From Nibricoccus sp. (GTDB taxonomy: Bacteria; Verrucomicrobiota; Verrucomicrobiia; Opitutales; Opitutaceae), in assembly GCA_047602425.1 (NCBI GenBank), contig JASGHG010000001.1:512001-576000 (forward strand): a DNA stretch of 64,000 nucleotides. Direction: 5' to 3'. This document shows, piece after piece, positions 20,756 through 30,498 of the stretch. Numbering within the stretch: the stretch's first letter is position 1; every line of letters begins with the position of its first letter. The position numbers and the translations under genes are program-made. Below the pieces are notes generated by a model. That model made no database searches. It saw nothing but the letters and a program-made list of their open reading frames with translations, and was not told the DNA's origin.

Positions 20756-21739
20756 CTATGGATTGCAGTCCGGACTCTCCATGAACCATTTGGCCGTACG
20801 CCTAATGCCTTCTTGCTGCGATACAAGCGCTGGCCCACAGACAGACGCCGTCCGCGTAACATCAAATATGTATTCTGTTAGAATGTTATTGAGCCTAAAG
20901 GTGTTGAACGGAAAACGAGCAATGCCAGTCCAGTTAATGAGATCACCAGCACGGGCTAAGACTCTCGCCAGTGAAATCGGTAGTGTCGGAATTTGCGGAG
21001 CGTTCATTTCGCGACCCAATGCAATCGTATATTCTCGAAGTGAAAGCGGCTCGTAATCGGCAAGGTAAAAAGTCTGTCCGTAAATTGCAGCCCTGTCGGC
21101 CGTAAGAAGACCCAAATATTGATGGGCAATATTTTCTACATAGACATAAGATTTCAACAGTTGGCCATTGCCACAATGGAAATACCAGCCCTTTCGTATT
21201 AGATGTAGCATGTGTTGATAGTGTGAACTCATGTAGGGCCCCCACACTGTGGTCGGGCGTACCAAACACCATTCTACGTTACCACCGTTTCTATCTCGAA
21301 CAAGCTGTTCCGTCATTACTTTACTGCGGCCATATAAAGTATTGGGGCAGTATTCCGTTTCAGACATTGGAACATGACCAACACGACATACAAGTTGAGA
21401 AGACGTGAATATAGCTCTCCGCACTGTGCGACATTCCTGAATTGCTTCGATGAGATTTTTTACGCCATCAACATTTGTAGCATATCCAGCGATAGATTCT
21501 CGTTCGTCCAAATCAATTCGGGCAGCTAAGTGGATGATGGCGTCCGGCATGATTTGATTGAATGCTCTTTTCAACTCACAACCATCCAGTATGTCGCTTT
21601 TGACGAACCGATGCATCAAGGAAGGGTTTTGAGGTTCCACCCGGTCAAGCCCGATGACTTCAAAACCCGCTTCGAACAGCTGTTTACACAACCACCGTCC
21701 TATAAATCCCGAGCTTCCGGTAACTAATATTTTCATCAA
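20756..21739 (-). CDS. NAD-dependent epimerase/dehydratase
   Basis: ILVTGSSGFIG, IHLAARID, YGRSK, RPTTVWGP. Confidence 0.9.
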   Translation of the reverse strand: MMKILVTGSSGFIGRWLCKQLFEAGFEVIGLDRVEPQNPSLMHRFVKSDILDGCELKRAFNQIMPDAIIHLAARIDLDERESIAGYATNVDGVKNLIEAIQECRTVRRAIFTSSQLVCRVGHVPMSETEYCPNTLYGRSKVMTEQLVRDRNGGNVEWCLVRPTTVWGPYMSSHYQHMLHLIRKGWYFHCGNGQLLKSYVYVENIAHQYLGLLTADRAAIYGQTFYLADYEPLSLREYTIALGREMNAPQIPTLPISLARVLARAGDLINWTGIARFPFNTFRLNNILTEYIFDVTRTASVCGPALVSQQEGIRRTAKWFMESPDCNP

Positions 21740-21761
21740 TAGTACGGTAGGTTTTCTGTAA

Positions 21762-23006
21762 CTAAAGAGTAGCGCTATCTTTCATTTTCGAACGCTTCGC
21801 TGCACAGAGTTCGCCGCAGAGATGCTCGTAGGTTTGGGTAATCTTAGCCCAGGAAAACCGATCGCGGACCAAACGCTGACCTCTTTCCCCCATGGCTTGC
21901 ATGGCCGAATGATCTGTCTTAATAAACTCAGTCATCTGCGCTGCAATCTTATCGATATTTAAGGGAACGATCTTTCCAGCACCACATCCCTCGATGTCAT
22001 TGAAATATGCGCCAGGCGTCGTGATAACTGGGCAGCCAGATGCAAGCGCTTCTAGTAAAACCATAGAAAAACCTTCCGCCTCGGTCGGTAGCACAAATAC
22101 TGTCGCTGCCTTAAATAGCGCGTGTTTATCATTTGTATCGGCGATACCCGCATAATGAAACTGGCTAGATAACCCGACTTCTCTCACTCGCTCTGTAAGG
22201 ATCGGAACCATCATAGCTTCGTCGGGACCAGCTAGGACGCAATGAATATTGGTAGTAATTTTCGCGGCTTTAATGAATGCTTCTACAAGTAAATCAGGGC
22301 CTTTCGTCGGGTGAATCCGGCTAATAAACAAAAATACTGGCCTGCCCGCCGTCACACGGATGATGTCTGCTACCGTCGTAGATGGGGTGCCCTTAGTTGT
22401 GGAGGGCGGATCAAAACCATTTGGGATGATTTCGATACGGTTTCTAAGTTTCAGCGCACGATATGTCTCCACCTCTTTTTCGGTCAGTGCAATCAGCGCA
22501 TCAGCTGATTTCATGATCGGACGCTCTCGAAGCCAAATAAAAATAGCCTTTTTAAGCCGACCTCTTTTTAGGCGCAACGGATCGAGGTTTCCACGTTGAT
22601 GATACAGATAAACCTTACCGTGTTTTCGAGCAAAGTTTGCACAAAGCGCATTTGAATATGTATAAGTGATATGACTGTGGATGACATCGCAAGTTGGTCC
22701 AAATTCACTGAGCCACGACGAGAATTCAGGGCCAAATTGGAAAACTGCAGAACACGCAAATGCAGGTATCCCCGTCCGCTGCAATAGCGTTGGTCGAGCC
22801 CGAAAGTATCGGACGTCAACACCGTTGACTTTATTGGTCTTGTTAAAGTCAACGTCAATCCGACCTGGAATATCCAGATCGGAAGCAGCAACGGTCACTT
22901 GGTGTCCGCGCCGAACTAATTCTTCTGCCAAAAACGAAACAGAAAGCAAAGGCCCCCCTCCGCCTTTGGCCGGCTTGTAGTAAACAGTATTAAAAAGAAA
23001 ACGCAT
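21762..23006 (-). CDS. Glycosyltransferase family 4
   Basis: GGGP, IIPNG, SRIHPTKG, EGFSMVLLEALASGCP. Confidence 0.9.
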   Translation of the reverse strand: MRFLFNTVYYKPAKGGGGPLLSVSFLAEELVRRGHQVTVAASDLDIPGRIDVDFNKTNKVNGVDVRYFRARPTLLQRTGIPAFACSAVFQFGPEFSSWLSEFGPTCDVIHSHITYTYSNALCANFARKHGKVYLYHQRGNLDPLRLKRGRLKKAIFIWLRERPIMKSADALIALTEKEVETYRALKLRNRIEIIPNGFDPPSTTKGTPSTTVADIIRVTAGRPVFLFISRIHPTKGPDLLVEAFIKAAKITTNIHCVLAGPDEAMMVPILTERVREVGLSSQFHYAGIADTNDKHALFKAATVFVLPTEAEGFSMVLLEALASGCPVITTPGAYFNDIEGCGAGKIVPLNIDKIAAQMTEFIKTDHSAMQAMGERGQRLVRDRFSWAKITQTYEHLCGELCAAKRSKMKDSATL

Positions 23007-23012
23007 GACTAC

Positions 23013-24890
23013 TTAGTGAACAGAAATTTTATGGATGTTCATCCAGAGTTTTAATATAACCAAACTGAAGATACGCTGCGTATTCTTGAGCCCCCGACAT
23101 TGGCCATTCCATAGGGACCTCAACATTTTTTGATCAAAAAGAGCATCCTTCTGATCAAATAGGACGTCCGTAATATATTGCTTCCATTCGCCTTGCATCC
23201 ACGACTGCAAAGGAAGCGAAAAACCCTGCTTCCGCTTGAGATCAAGGGTAGGAGGTAACAGCCTCTTGCCAAGGTGCCTTAGTAGAATTTTGCGCTTTTC
23301 AGGTGTAGCCCTCAAATGGTTAGGAACCTTACTGAACGCAAACTCCATTACATATCTATCTAGAAACGGAGCCCGAACTTCCAATGATGCAAGCATACTA
23401 GCTCTATCAACTTTGACGAGGATATCTTCGGGTAAATATGAATGGAAGTCCATAGCCATCCCGGCCAGAGGAATCCCTTTGTATTTGTAAGCAAATGACT
23501 GTTTGTACTTCTCAGGAATATCCCATCCTGATTCGTCTCGTTTTTGAAACGCCGGTACAAGAGCACGACGCGCAACGGCGTCAAAAAATAAGTTAAAATG
23601 AGCCATTCCATTGCCGATATCCCCTGCACTCCCCATAAGTACTGTGCGTCCAGGGGCACCAATTGGTAGACAAGCGCGAGCAAATGCGGCGAATCCCCTT
23701 CGTAAAGAGTCGGGAATATACTCACGGATTTTTGCGTGTTTATATAGCCAGCTATAAAACGGATATCCCCCGAATAACTCATCTCCTCCGTCTCCCCCCA
23801 ACGCGACAGTACAATGTTGGCGGATTAGTTTTGAAACAAGGAACGTCGGAAGCATAGACGAATCAGCAATGGGTTCGTCGTACTGCCAAGCGAGTTGAGG
23901 CAAAAGATCGAATGTCGCAGGTTGCGCAGCGAGCTCTACGTGATCTGTACCAAAGTGCGAGGCAACCAAGCGCGCGTACGGAGCTTCGTCATACGCGGCG
24001 TGCCCCGGAAACGAGATATTAAAGGTTCGAACTTTGCCGCTGCACACCTTTGCGGCGATCGCGGTCACAAGGCTGGAGTCGACGCCGCCGCTCAGTAAAA
24101 CGCCTATTGGGACGTCAGCAACCATTTGTCGACGGACCGCGTCCCGCAGTAGGCCCTCAAGCTCATCGGTGAGCGTCTCGAGATCGTCAGTGAGTTCTGA
24201 AGCGTGAGCCGGCATGCACCAGTAAGCCCATATGCGAGTGGCCGGCTTTCGCAGGTCCAGAGTGAGGGCGTGCGCCGGGGGCAGTTTCCTGACTCCTTTT
24301 AAGATGCACCCGTCATGCGGTACATAGCCATATGCAAGGTAGTATTGGAGCCCCGAAAGATCAATTACGCGCAAAAAGGGAAGGCCCTCCATAAGCGCCT
24401 TCAGCTCCGATGCAAACCAGCAGGTCTGCCCATCGTGCCAATAAAAAAGCGGCTTTTCTCCCGCACGGTCCCGCGCCAAGAGAGCCGTCCGGCGTCGACC
24501 GTCGTAGATGGCAAATGCGTATGCACCATTCAAACGATCAAGACAACCCTCACCCCATTCCAGATATGATTTGATGATTACCTCGGTGTCGCTGTGCGAT
24601 TGGAATGAGTGGCCTTTAGCCTCGAGGATGGCACGCAGCTCGACGTGGTTGTATACCTCTCCGTTGAAAACGATTGTGACGTCTTGCCGGCCGTCGTGCA
24701 TAGGCTGGTGACCACCCGAGGAGAGATCGATAATCGACAGGCGACGATGAGCGAGCCCCGCCTTACCGTCGGCAGACCACCAAAGGCCCGAATCGTCTGG
24801 CCCCCGATGGCGCATCGTGTCGCGCATACGGGTCAGCGCTTCCATCTGAGCGCCTCCCGAATTGGAAAACACTCCGATTATGCCGCACAT
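23013..24890 (-). CDS. asnB: Asparagine synthase (glutamine-hydrolysing)-like amidotransferase, copy 1
   Basis: MCGI, HRGPD, HRRLSIIDLS, FNGEVYN, LSGGVDSS, GDGGDELFGGY, KVDRASM. Confidence 0.93.
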   Translation of the reverse strand: MCGIIGVFSNSGGAQMEALTRMRDTMRHRGPDDSGLWWSADGKAGLAHRRLSIIDLSSGGHQPMHDGRQDVTIVFNGEVYNHVELRAILEAKGHSFQSHSDTEVIIKSYLEWGEGCLDRLNGAYAFAIYDGRRRTALLARDRAGEKPLFYWHDGQTCWFASELKALMEGLPFLRVIDLSGLQYYLAYGYVPHDGCILKGVRKLPPAHALTLDLRKPATRIWAYWCMPAHASELTDDLETLTDELEGLLRDAVRRQMVADVPIGVLLSGGVDSSLVTAIAAKVCSGKVRTFNISFPGHAAYDEAPYARLVASHFGTDHVELAAQPATFDLLPQLAWQYDEPIADSSMLPTFLVSKLIRQHCTVALGGDGGDELFGGYPFYSWLYKHAKIREYIPDSLRRGFAAFARACLPIGAPGRTVLMGSAGDIGNGMAHFNLFFDAVARRALVPAFQKRDESGWDIPEKYKQSFAYKYKGIPLAGMAMDFHSYLPEDILVKVDRASMLASLEVRAPFLDRYVMEFAFSKVPNHLRATPEKRKILLRHLGKRLLPPTLDLKRKQGFSLPLQSWMQGEWKQYITDVLFDQKDALFDQKMLRSLWNGQCRGLKNTQRIFSLVILKLWMNIHKISVH

Positions 24891-24936
24891 TTCGACCTCG
24901 CTTTCTTGCAGAATGTTATAAACAGGGAAAAGGATG

Positions 24937-25875
24937 TCACAGCTTCACCGCTTGGACAAAGGCATCCGAGGTCGTAAGATCAGCCTCGGTAATATGGCTG
25001 AAGCGGGTTGCCAACGCGGTCCTCAGCAAAGCCGACGTCTGTTCAACCTTCTGGGTGGCCAGGAGCTGAAAACCGACCTCGGTCAGAAGTTTCTCATGCG
25101 TCGAGAATGGCTCGCGGTTGAGTAGATAGGCGCGACGCCCTCTCATCAATTTCCAAGTGAGATCGGAGAGGCCCCAGTGGCCATTCCATTCCGTTGTCAG
25201 CTGATGGCACTTGAAGTCGATCTGATGTGAGATGAATCCCCCTCGACGTAACCAACTGTACATCGCCGCGTAGGTACCAGTTAGGTCATCGACATGCTCA
25301 AGGACTGCCTGAGAGTAGATCATGTCCACCGATGCCGGGTCGATGATCTTAGCATTGAACCATGGCGCAGCATAGCGAACGACAGATCCGGGGCGACTAC
25401 AGTCACTGAGCGCATCCCGGATCAGTTCCAGCCGCGATGGCCGCATCAATTCGCGGATACGCGCTTCGCTGATGATAGCGTCGGGAAAGGCATAATTCGT
25501 CAACTCAGGTTTGAGATTGGGAAATTCGCTGCCATCTGGAATGTCGGCTCGGCGTGCGAACAATTCGATCATCTCGTCCAGAATCGGCGCGTGGTGCTGC
25601 AATGACGCATGTTCGACCACATCCATGCCAAAGTACTTTTCAGCACCCGAAAGAAGCGCAGCCAGGCCGATCCCAATCGAATCACCGGGACCAAGCTCGC
25701 CTACTATTTTGGGCACTCCAGCCGTAAGACGGTTTTGATGAGCGAGGACAAGATGACGCATCCACACGGCATAGCAATACCGGGCTGAATTCGTGCCGCC
25801 GGTGCCCTTCGCGTGAAAAGAGGACATGCCGGGGATGAAGGTAGAAACGCCGTAGGCGAATTGTTTGAGGTTCAT
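24937..25875 (-). CDS. Methyltransferase-domain protein
   Basis: ELGPG, DMIYSQAVLEHV, LRRGG. Confidence 0.75.
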   Translation of the reverse strand: MNLKQFAYGVSTFIPGMSSFHAKGTGGTNSARYCYAVWMRHLVLAHQNRLTAGVPKIVGELGPGDSIGIGLAALLSGAEKYFGMDVVEHASLQHHAPILDEMIELFARRADIPDGSEFPNLKPELTNYAFPDAIISEARIRELMRPSRLELIRDALSDCSRPGSVVRYAAPWFNAKIIDPASVDMIYSQAVLEHVDDLTGTYAAMYSWLRRGGFISHQIDFKCHQLTTEWNGHWGLSDLTWKLMRGRRAYLLNREPFSTHEKLLTEVGFQLLATQKVEQTSALLRTALATRFSHITEADLTTSDAFVQAVKL

Positions 25876-26957
25876 GTGACAGTGTTATAGATGTGGACGT
25901 AATTATTGGCCATCGCGGACAGGCTCCATTTCTGGATTGCGACAGCAGCGTTCTCTGCCTTGCGTAGAGTCGCCGAGCGATCGGTGAGGGCGACGCCTAA
26001 TTTCTCCGCCACTTCCGACGGTGAGAAACATTGTACGAAGGTCGCGCTATCGTCAGAAAGAAACTCCCGATGTGCGGGAATGTCGGAGACCACAAGTGGA
26101 CACCCACATCCCATTGCTTCCAAAACCGTGTTCGGGCAGCCTTCATACTCACTCAGCGAGGTGAATATCGACGCCTTCCTCTTGAGGATGGTCCAGGCCA
26201 TGTCGGATGAGACGTGACCACTGAAGTGAACAGATCCCGCAGAACAGACCGCTGCGGCCAACTTCTCGAGAGAAGCCTTCTGCGGTCCCGTGCCGCATAG
26301 GATGAGGCTGGCCGGCATGCGTTGCTGCAAACAGCCAACCGCCCGGATCAAAAGATCCAAACGCTTGGAGCCAGTGGAATCGGCGGCGAGTCTGCCCACG
26401 TACACGATCACGGGCCCCTTTAACGCAAGGATTTCCGAAGTCAGCGGAGCGTCGGCACTGCGGATCTCGTCGAGCGCAATCCCGTTCGGTACTACAAAAC
26501 GGCGGCCGCGCTGCAGCTTTTGCCTCCAATAGTCGTCGCCTCCTTGGGAGTTCGACACGATGGCGTTGGCGAATCGCGCCACGCCGACTCTCAGGCTCGC
26601 CTTCCACCGGCCGGCGTAGGCGCGCTCCGAGCTCGGTTCTCGGAATATCCAAGGAACCCCAGTCACCCGCGTCGCAATACCGCCAATAATATCCATTTGG
26701 AATATCCATGTTTGAACGACATCCGGACGCAAGCGACGAGTCAGCTGGACAACGCGCCAAAGTAGAACCGGATCATAGTTGGAAGATAGAGGAAGCCGAT
26801 GAAGGCACACGCCCCTCCATTGTGTAGGCGCCACACCTTCATAGCAGTACCCGACGTGCACGTCATGACCGAGGTCCACTAGCGCAGGGGCAAGATTTGC
26901 CAGCTGCCGCTCCGCCCCTCCTCCGCTTAGCGTCGGAATTAGATGTAAGATGCGCAC
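25872..26957 (-). CDS. Glycosyltransferase family 4
   Basis: GGGAERQL, VVPNGI, YVGRL, EGCPNTVLEAMGCGCP. Confidence 0.9.
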   Translation of the reverse strand: MRILHLIPTLSGGGAERQLANLAPALVDLGHDVHVGYCYEGVAPTQWRGVCLHRLPLSSNYDPVLLWRVVQLTRRLRPDVVQTWIFQMDIIGGIATRVTGVPWIFREPSSERAYAGRWKASLRVGVARFANAIVSNSQGGDDYWRQKLQRGRRFVVPNGIALDEIRSADAPLTSEILALKGPVIVYVGRLAADSTGSKRLDLLIRAVGCLQQRMPASLILCGTGPQKASLEKLAAAVCSAGSVHFSGHVSSDMAWTILKRKASIFTSLSEYEGCPNTVLEAMGCGCPLVVSDIPAHREFLSDDSATFVQCFSPSEVAEKLGVALTDRSATLRKAENAAVAIQKWSLSAMANNYVHIYNTVT

Positions 26958-26997
26958 TGATCAGGTGAGCGGCTTTTAGACAAAAAAAGCCAAAATG

Positions 26998-28497
26998 TCA
27001 CTGTCCGGCAGTTCCGCCAATGGCAAAAGGTTTTGCCGGCGGCACCGGCAACTGCCGAGTTTTAGTCTGTAAAATCTTAAGAAGCAGATAGAGCGGCAAA
27101 AACCTGAAAAGAAAGGAGGCAATGAGTATATAAAATGCAGTTCCCCGAATGGTATAGTAGGCAATTACTATTAAGTAGAAATAGGCCAACGTCGGCCAAA
27201 ATTTCCGCGAACTGCGGACATACCAGATTCTTGCTTTCGCAAAGACAAACCCCAGCAACATGCCACGAGCTATGAGTTCCACCCAGCCATATCCGATGAT
27301 CGCCTGTGAAATAGGACTGAACATAAAAAAACCCGGCAAGGCCCGCTCTGCTATCCAGTTTTGCACATCAAGTTTTGGAAATGGGAGCAGCTGTTGCGGA
27401 ACGACCATAACAACATCGTACAATGTAAACTGTACTGGGATTTCCCCCAATTCACCGCTCTCCTTAAGTCGCAGCAAATCGAAGTTTCCGCCAAACAGTG
27501 CTTGGAATTCTGTGTTGGTGGAGACGGTCAGCTCGAAACTGTCAACCTTGCTTTTAAAATTTGTTAGGTTGGATCCCAGCGTCGCCTGACCACGGACAAA
27601 CCCGATCAGCAGAAAACCGACGAACAAACACAAACCGATCGTCAACATCTGCCATATTTTCAAACGGCGGACAAACTCATTATACATAATGACACACGCG
27701 AGCAGAATCAGGACTAATTCCGTTCGAGCCCCCATCCATAGGATGTTACTAATCACTATAACAGCCAGCCAACAATAGAGTATCAAGCGATACACTGGTT
27801 TTTCCCAGCCAAGAAACAACGTAAGCAGCAAACCCAATTTCACGATCAATCCGACGCCGTTGTGTCCTATAATTCCATAAAACTGCCGGAACAACAGAGG
27901 CATGCCCAGATATACTTCATACGAATCGTACATCCGCTCAACATCATATACCCCGTAAAGATTGATTCCGTAGATCGCTTCGATCGCATACATTACGACC
28001 GAGAGAGCCATCCAGAGCGCAACCAAGAGAGCAACCGTTCTCCTGTCCGGAGGATTGGGCACAAAGGGAGCAGCAGCCCGCCGGGAATCGAATGCGAGAT
28101 AACCGGAGACAAACGCGACCAAATACACCACGTACCACCACATGAATCCACCGAATTGACGCGGCGTTGGATTCAAAACGTAGAGCTGGTAGGCGCTCAA
28201 GTAAGTATGCTGACCGCCCGCAAGCAGATACTGCAGGGGTGGTATGATTGTGTAACAGGTCACGGCCAATACCGTGAGGGTGGCTGGGTCCGCCAGCGGC
28301 GGACCCGGCCGCCGGGCCTTAAGCACCGTCCAGAAAAACGCGGCGGCTAAGACGGTCGCACCCATGGGTGCGATCAAATACTTTATCTCGTCAGCCGATA
28401 TCACAAACCATACCGCACAGGATAACGCTGCAAGCGCCACCCCAATGAGCTCCTTCGGGATGCGCGCAAGAGCCAGTTTCCTTGGTATGCGTGTCAT
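26998..28497 (-). CDS. wzy: Polysaccharide polymerase (Wzy-like)
   Basis: About ten hydrophobic segments, WMGART and IRG motifs, locus context; start set at MTRIPRK. Confidence 0.7.
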   Translation of the reverse strand: MTRIPRKLALARIPKELIGVALAALSCAVWFVISADEIKYLIAPMGATVLAAAFFWTVLKARRPGPPLADPATLTVLAVTCYTIIPPLQYLLAGGQHTYLSAYQLYVLNPTPRQFGGFMWWYVVYLVAFVSGYLAFDSRRAAAPFVPNPPDRRTVALLVALWMALSVVMYAIEAIYGINLYGVYDVERMYDSYEVYLGMPLLFRQFYGIIGHNGVGLIVKLGLLLTLFLGWEKPVYRLILYCWLAVIVISNILWMGARTELVLILLACVIMYNEFVRRLKIWQMLTIGLCLFVGFLLIGFVRGQATLGSNLTNFKSKVDSFELTVSTNTEFQALFGGNFDLLRLKESGELGEIPVQFTLYDVVMVVPQQLLPFPKLDVQNWIAERALPGFFMFSPISQAIIGYGWVELIARGMLLGFVFAKARIWYVRSSRKFWPTLAYFYLIVIAYYTIRGTAFYILIASFLFRFLPLYLLLKILQTKTRQLPVPPAKPFAIGGTAGQ

Positions 28498-28543
28498 GAA
28501 AAATTTCGAACCACGAAAGATCGATTTGTATACCCTCGTCTGG

Positions 28544-29359
28544 TCACGAACTCCGGATGAAAACGAACTGATTGCACCCAAAGCCGTCACAGGTCACGAG
28601 ATTCGTTAGCACAAATCCTTTCTTGCGGGCATAGTGGAAGATGTCCTCGACCTTGGCGGCCTCAAACGGCAGGCCGCCCAGCCAATCATGCCAATCATGA
28701 AAAATAGCCATCCCGCGGTTCTTTTTGTACGTCGCAAACTGGTTCTCCCTCTTGAGCAAGCTCCCAATGACGGTCCGACAAAAGAAATAGGGGATGAAGA
28801 TCGAGCTCATCGCAGCCTTGCCAAGAAAACCGGAACAATAAATTTGTTTCGCTCTCAGCCAAACTGCCGTGCGCTGGCCTTGGTGATTGTAGATTGCTAT
28901 GCACAGAATTCCTCCAGTTTTCACCATGGACGCAGCATTATCGATAGCCATCCACATTTTGCCAGTGTGGTGCAAGACCCCCCAGGAGTATACGATATCG
29001 AAATGCCCCAATCCGCCCAGAAATTTATCATCCAAGACCGAACCCCTTAGTACCTTCCAATCGGCATCGTTCGGGCAATAGCGTGACTGCAGGTGACTCG
29101 TGCATGCGACTGATTCCGGGTCGAAATCAAAGGAGACTACGGTTGCACCAAGTCGGCGAGCTGAAAGAGAAAACAAACCGCTCCCCGACCCGGCATCCAA
29201 GAATTTCAAGCCTTTTAAGTTGGCTATTTTCAATAGTTGAAGAAGGGAGTTCTCCGCCTCTTTTATCCTATCGTCATTCAAAGTGGCGAGAAATCCACGC
29301 CAGTTTTTTCCGAAAGAATAGCGCTCACCTTTTTCAATCTCGGTCTCAAAGTTATTCAC
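28544..29359 (-). CDS. Class I SAM-dependent methyltransferase
   Basis: FGKNW, FLDAGSGSGLFS, FDIVYSWGVLHHTG, DWLGGLPFE. Confidence 0.9.
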   Translation of the reverse strand: MNNFETEIEKGERYSFGKNWRGFLATLNDDRIKEAENSLLQLLKIANLKGLKFLDAGSGSGLFSLSARRLGATVVSFDFDPESVACTSHLQSRYCPNDADWKVLRGSVLDDKFLGGLGHFDIVYSWGVLHHTGKMWMAIDNAASMVKTGGILCIAIYNHQGQRTAVWLRAKQIYCSGFLGKAAMSSIFIPYFFCRTVIGSLLKRENQFATYKKNRGMAIFHDWHDWLGGLPFEAAKVEDIFHYARKKGFVLTNLVTCDGFGCNQFVFIRSS

Positions 29360-29421
29360 AATTGTTAGGTTTTTGAATTTTGCATCATTGGACTTGCAGT
29401 GAAAGAATCGGAGTTTTCACG

Positions 29422-30498
29422 CTAGCGCAGGCGTTTCATTAAACTCCGCGCACCCGGCATGAGAAATAGGCTGCAAATAATGAGTTCGCGAATCGGAAGC
29501 TGCCCCATCCGCAATGTTGCGAACATGAACTTCAATGAACCTAAACGGTCAGAGGGCGCATAGTAGCGGGCGCAGCGCATAAGGACCGCAGCGCAATGGG
29601 CCCTCACCTGCTTGTTCCGATACGCTTCCGGGTATACCGCGAGAAACCGGCAACGGACATCCTTGAACATGGCCAAAACTTCTGTCGGATTCCCGATCTT
29701 GGTCAGTGCCGGCATCGTAATATGCAACCATCTTGTCGCAAATTCCTGCGGGAATTCGCTAGTCTGTAGAATTCGCCCGAGATTTTGCCGGTAAACTGGC
29801 GTAAGCTTGATCACGTCTTCTGTTGTGTAACGCCTCGACACAGAATTTGCGTGCAGGCGAAAGTCCACCAAGACCTCGTCGAGATTACAAATCTCATACA
29901 GATGAGCCACACGGCTCCATAGCTCAAAGTCCTGACTCGTTCTGAACGTTTCGTCATACCCCTTCATTCTCTCCCAAATAATTTCCCGCCGGAATAGCGT
30001 TGTCGAGTGAGCGAGCGGATTGTCAAAGATCCAGTGCCAGGCGAGAGCCACCGGATCAACCGCCTTTCGCGAACCTCCCTTACGAATAGTTTTCCCCTCC
30101 GCGTCAATTGGCTGGATCTGTGTTCCAACGACAGCAACGCGCGGATTCTCGTTCAGGAACTCAACCTGCTTCGCCAAACGTTCCTTATGAGAACGATCAT
30201 CTGCATCCATACGCGCCACGTAGTGGCCTCGTGACAAGGCAAGTGCCTTGTTCAGTGACTTCGTTAATCCGATGTTGGTCGGGTTGTCCACAAGACGCAC
30301 CCGGGGGTCGCCATACGAAATGATGATTCTCTGAGAATTGTCACTCGAGCAGTCGTTTACGATCAGAAACTCGAAATCCGTGAATGATTGAGCCAAAATT
30401 GAATCAATTGCCTCGCGCAGATAGGGCTCACCATTGTGCACCGACATTATCACGGACACGATTGGCCGGTGGCCGGATTGACCGGAGTTTTCTACCAT
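29422..30498 (-). CDS. Glycosyltransferase family 2
   Basis: VSVIMSVHN, VNDCSSD, ARMDADD, QDFELW. Confidence 0.92.
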   Translation of the reverse strand: MVENSGQSGHRPIVSVIMSVHNGEPYLREAIDSILAQSFTDFEFLIVNDCSSDNSQRIIISYGDPRVRLVDNPTNIGLTKSLNKALALSRGHYVARMDADDRSHKERLAKQVEFLNENPRVAVVGTQIQPIDAEGKTIRKGGSRKAVDPVALAWHWIFDNPLAHSTTLFRREIIWERMKGYDETFRTSQDFELWSRVAHLYEICNLDEVLVDFRLHANSVSRRYTTEDVIKLTPVYRQNLGRILQTSEFPQEFATRWLHITMPALTKIGNPTEVLAMFKDVRCRFLAVYPEAYRNKQVRAHCAAVLMRCARYYAPSDRLGSLKFMFATLRMGQLPIRELIICSLFLMPGARSLMKRLR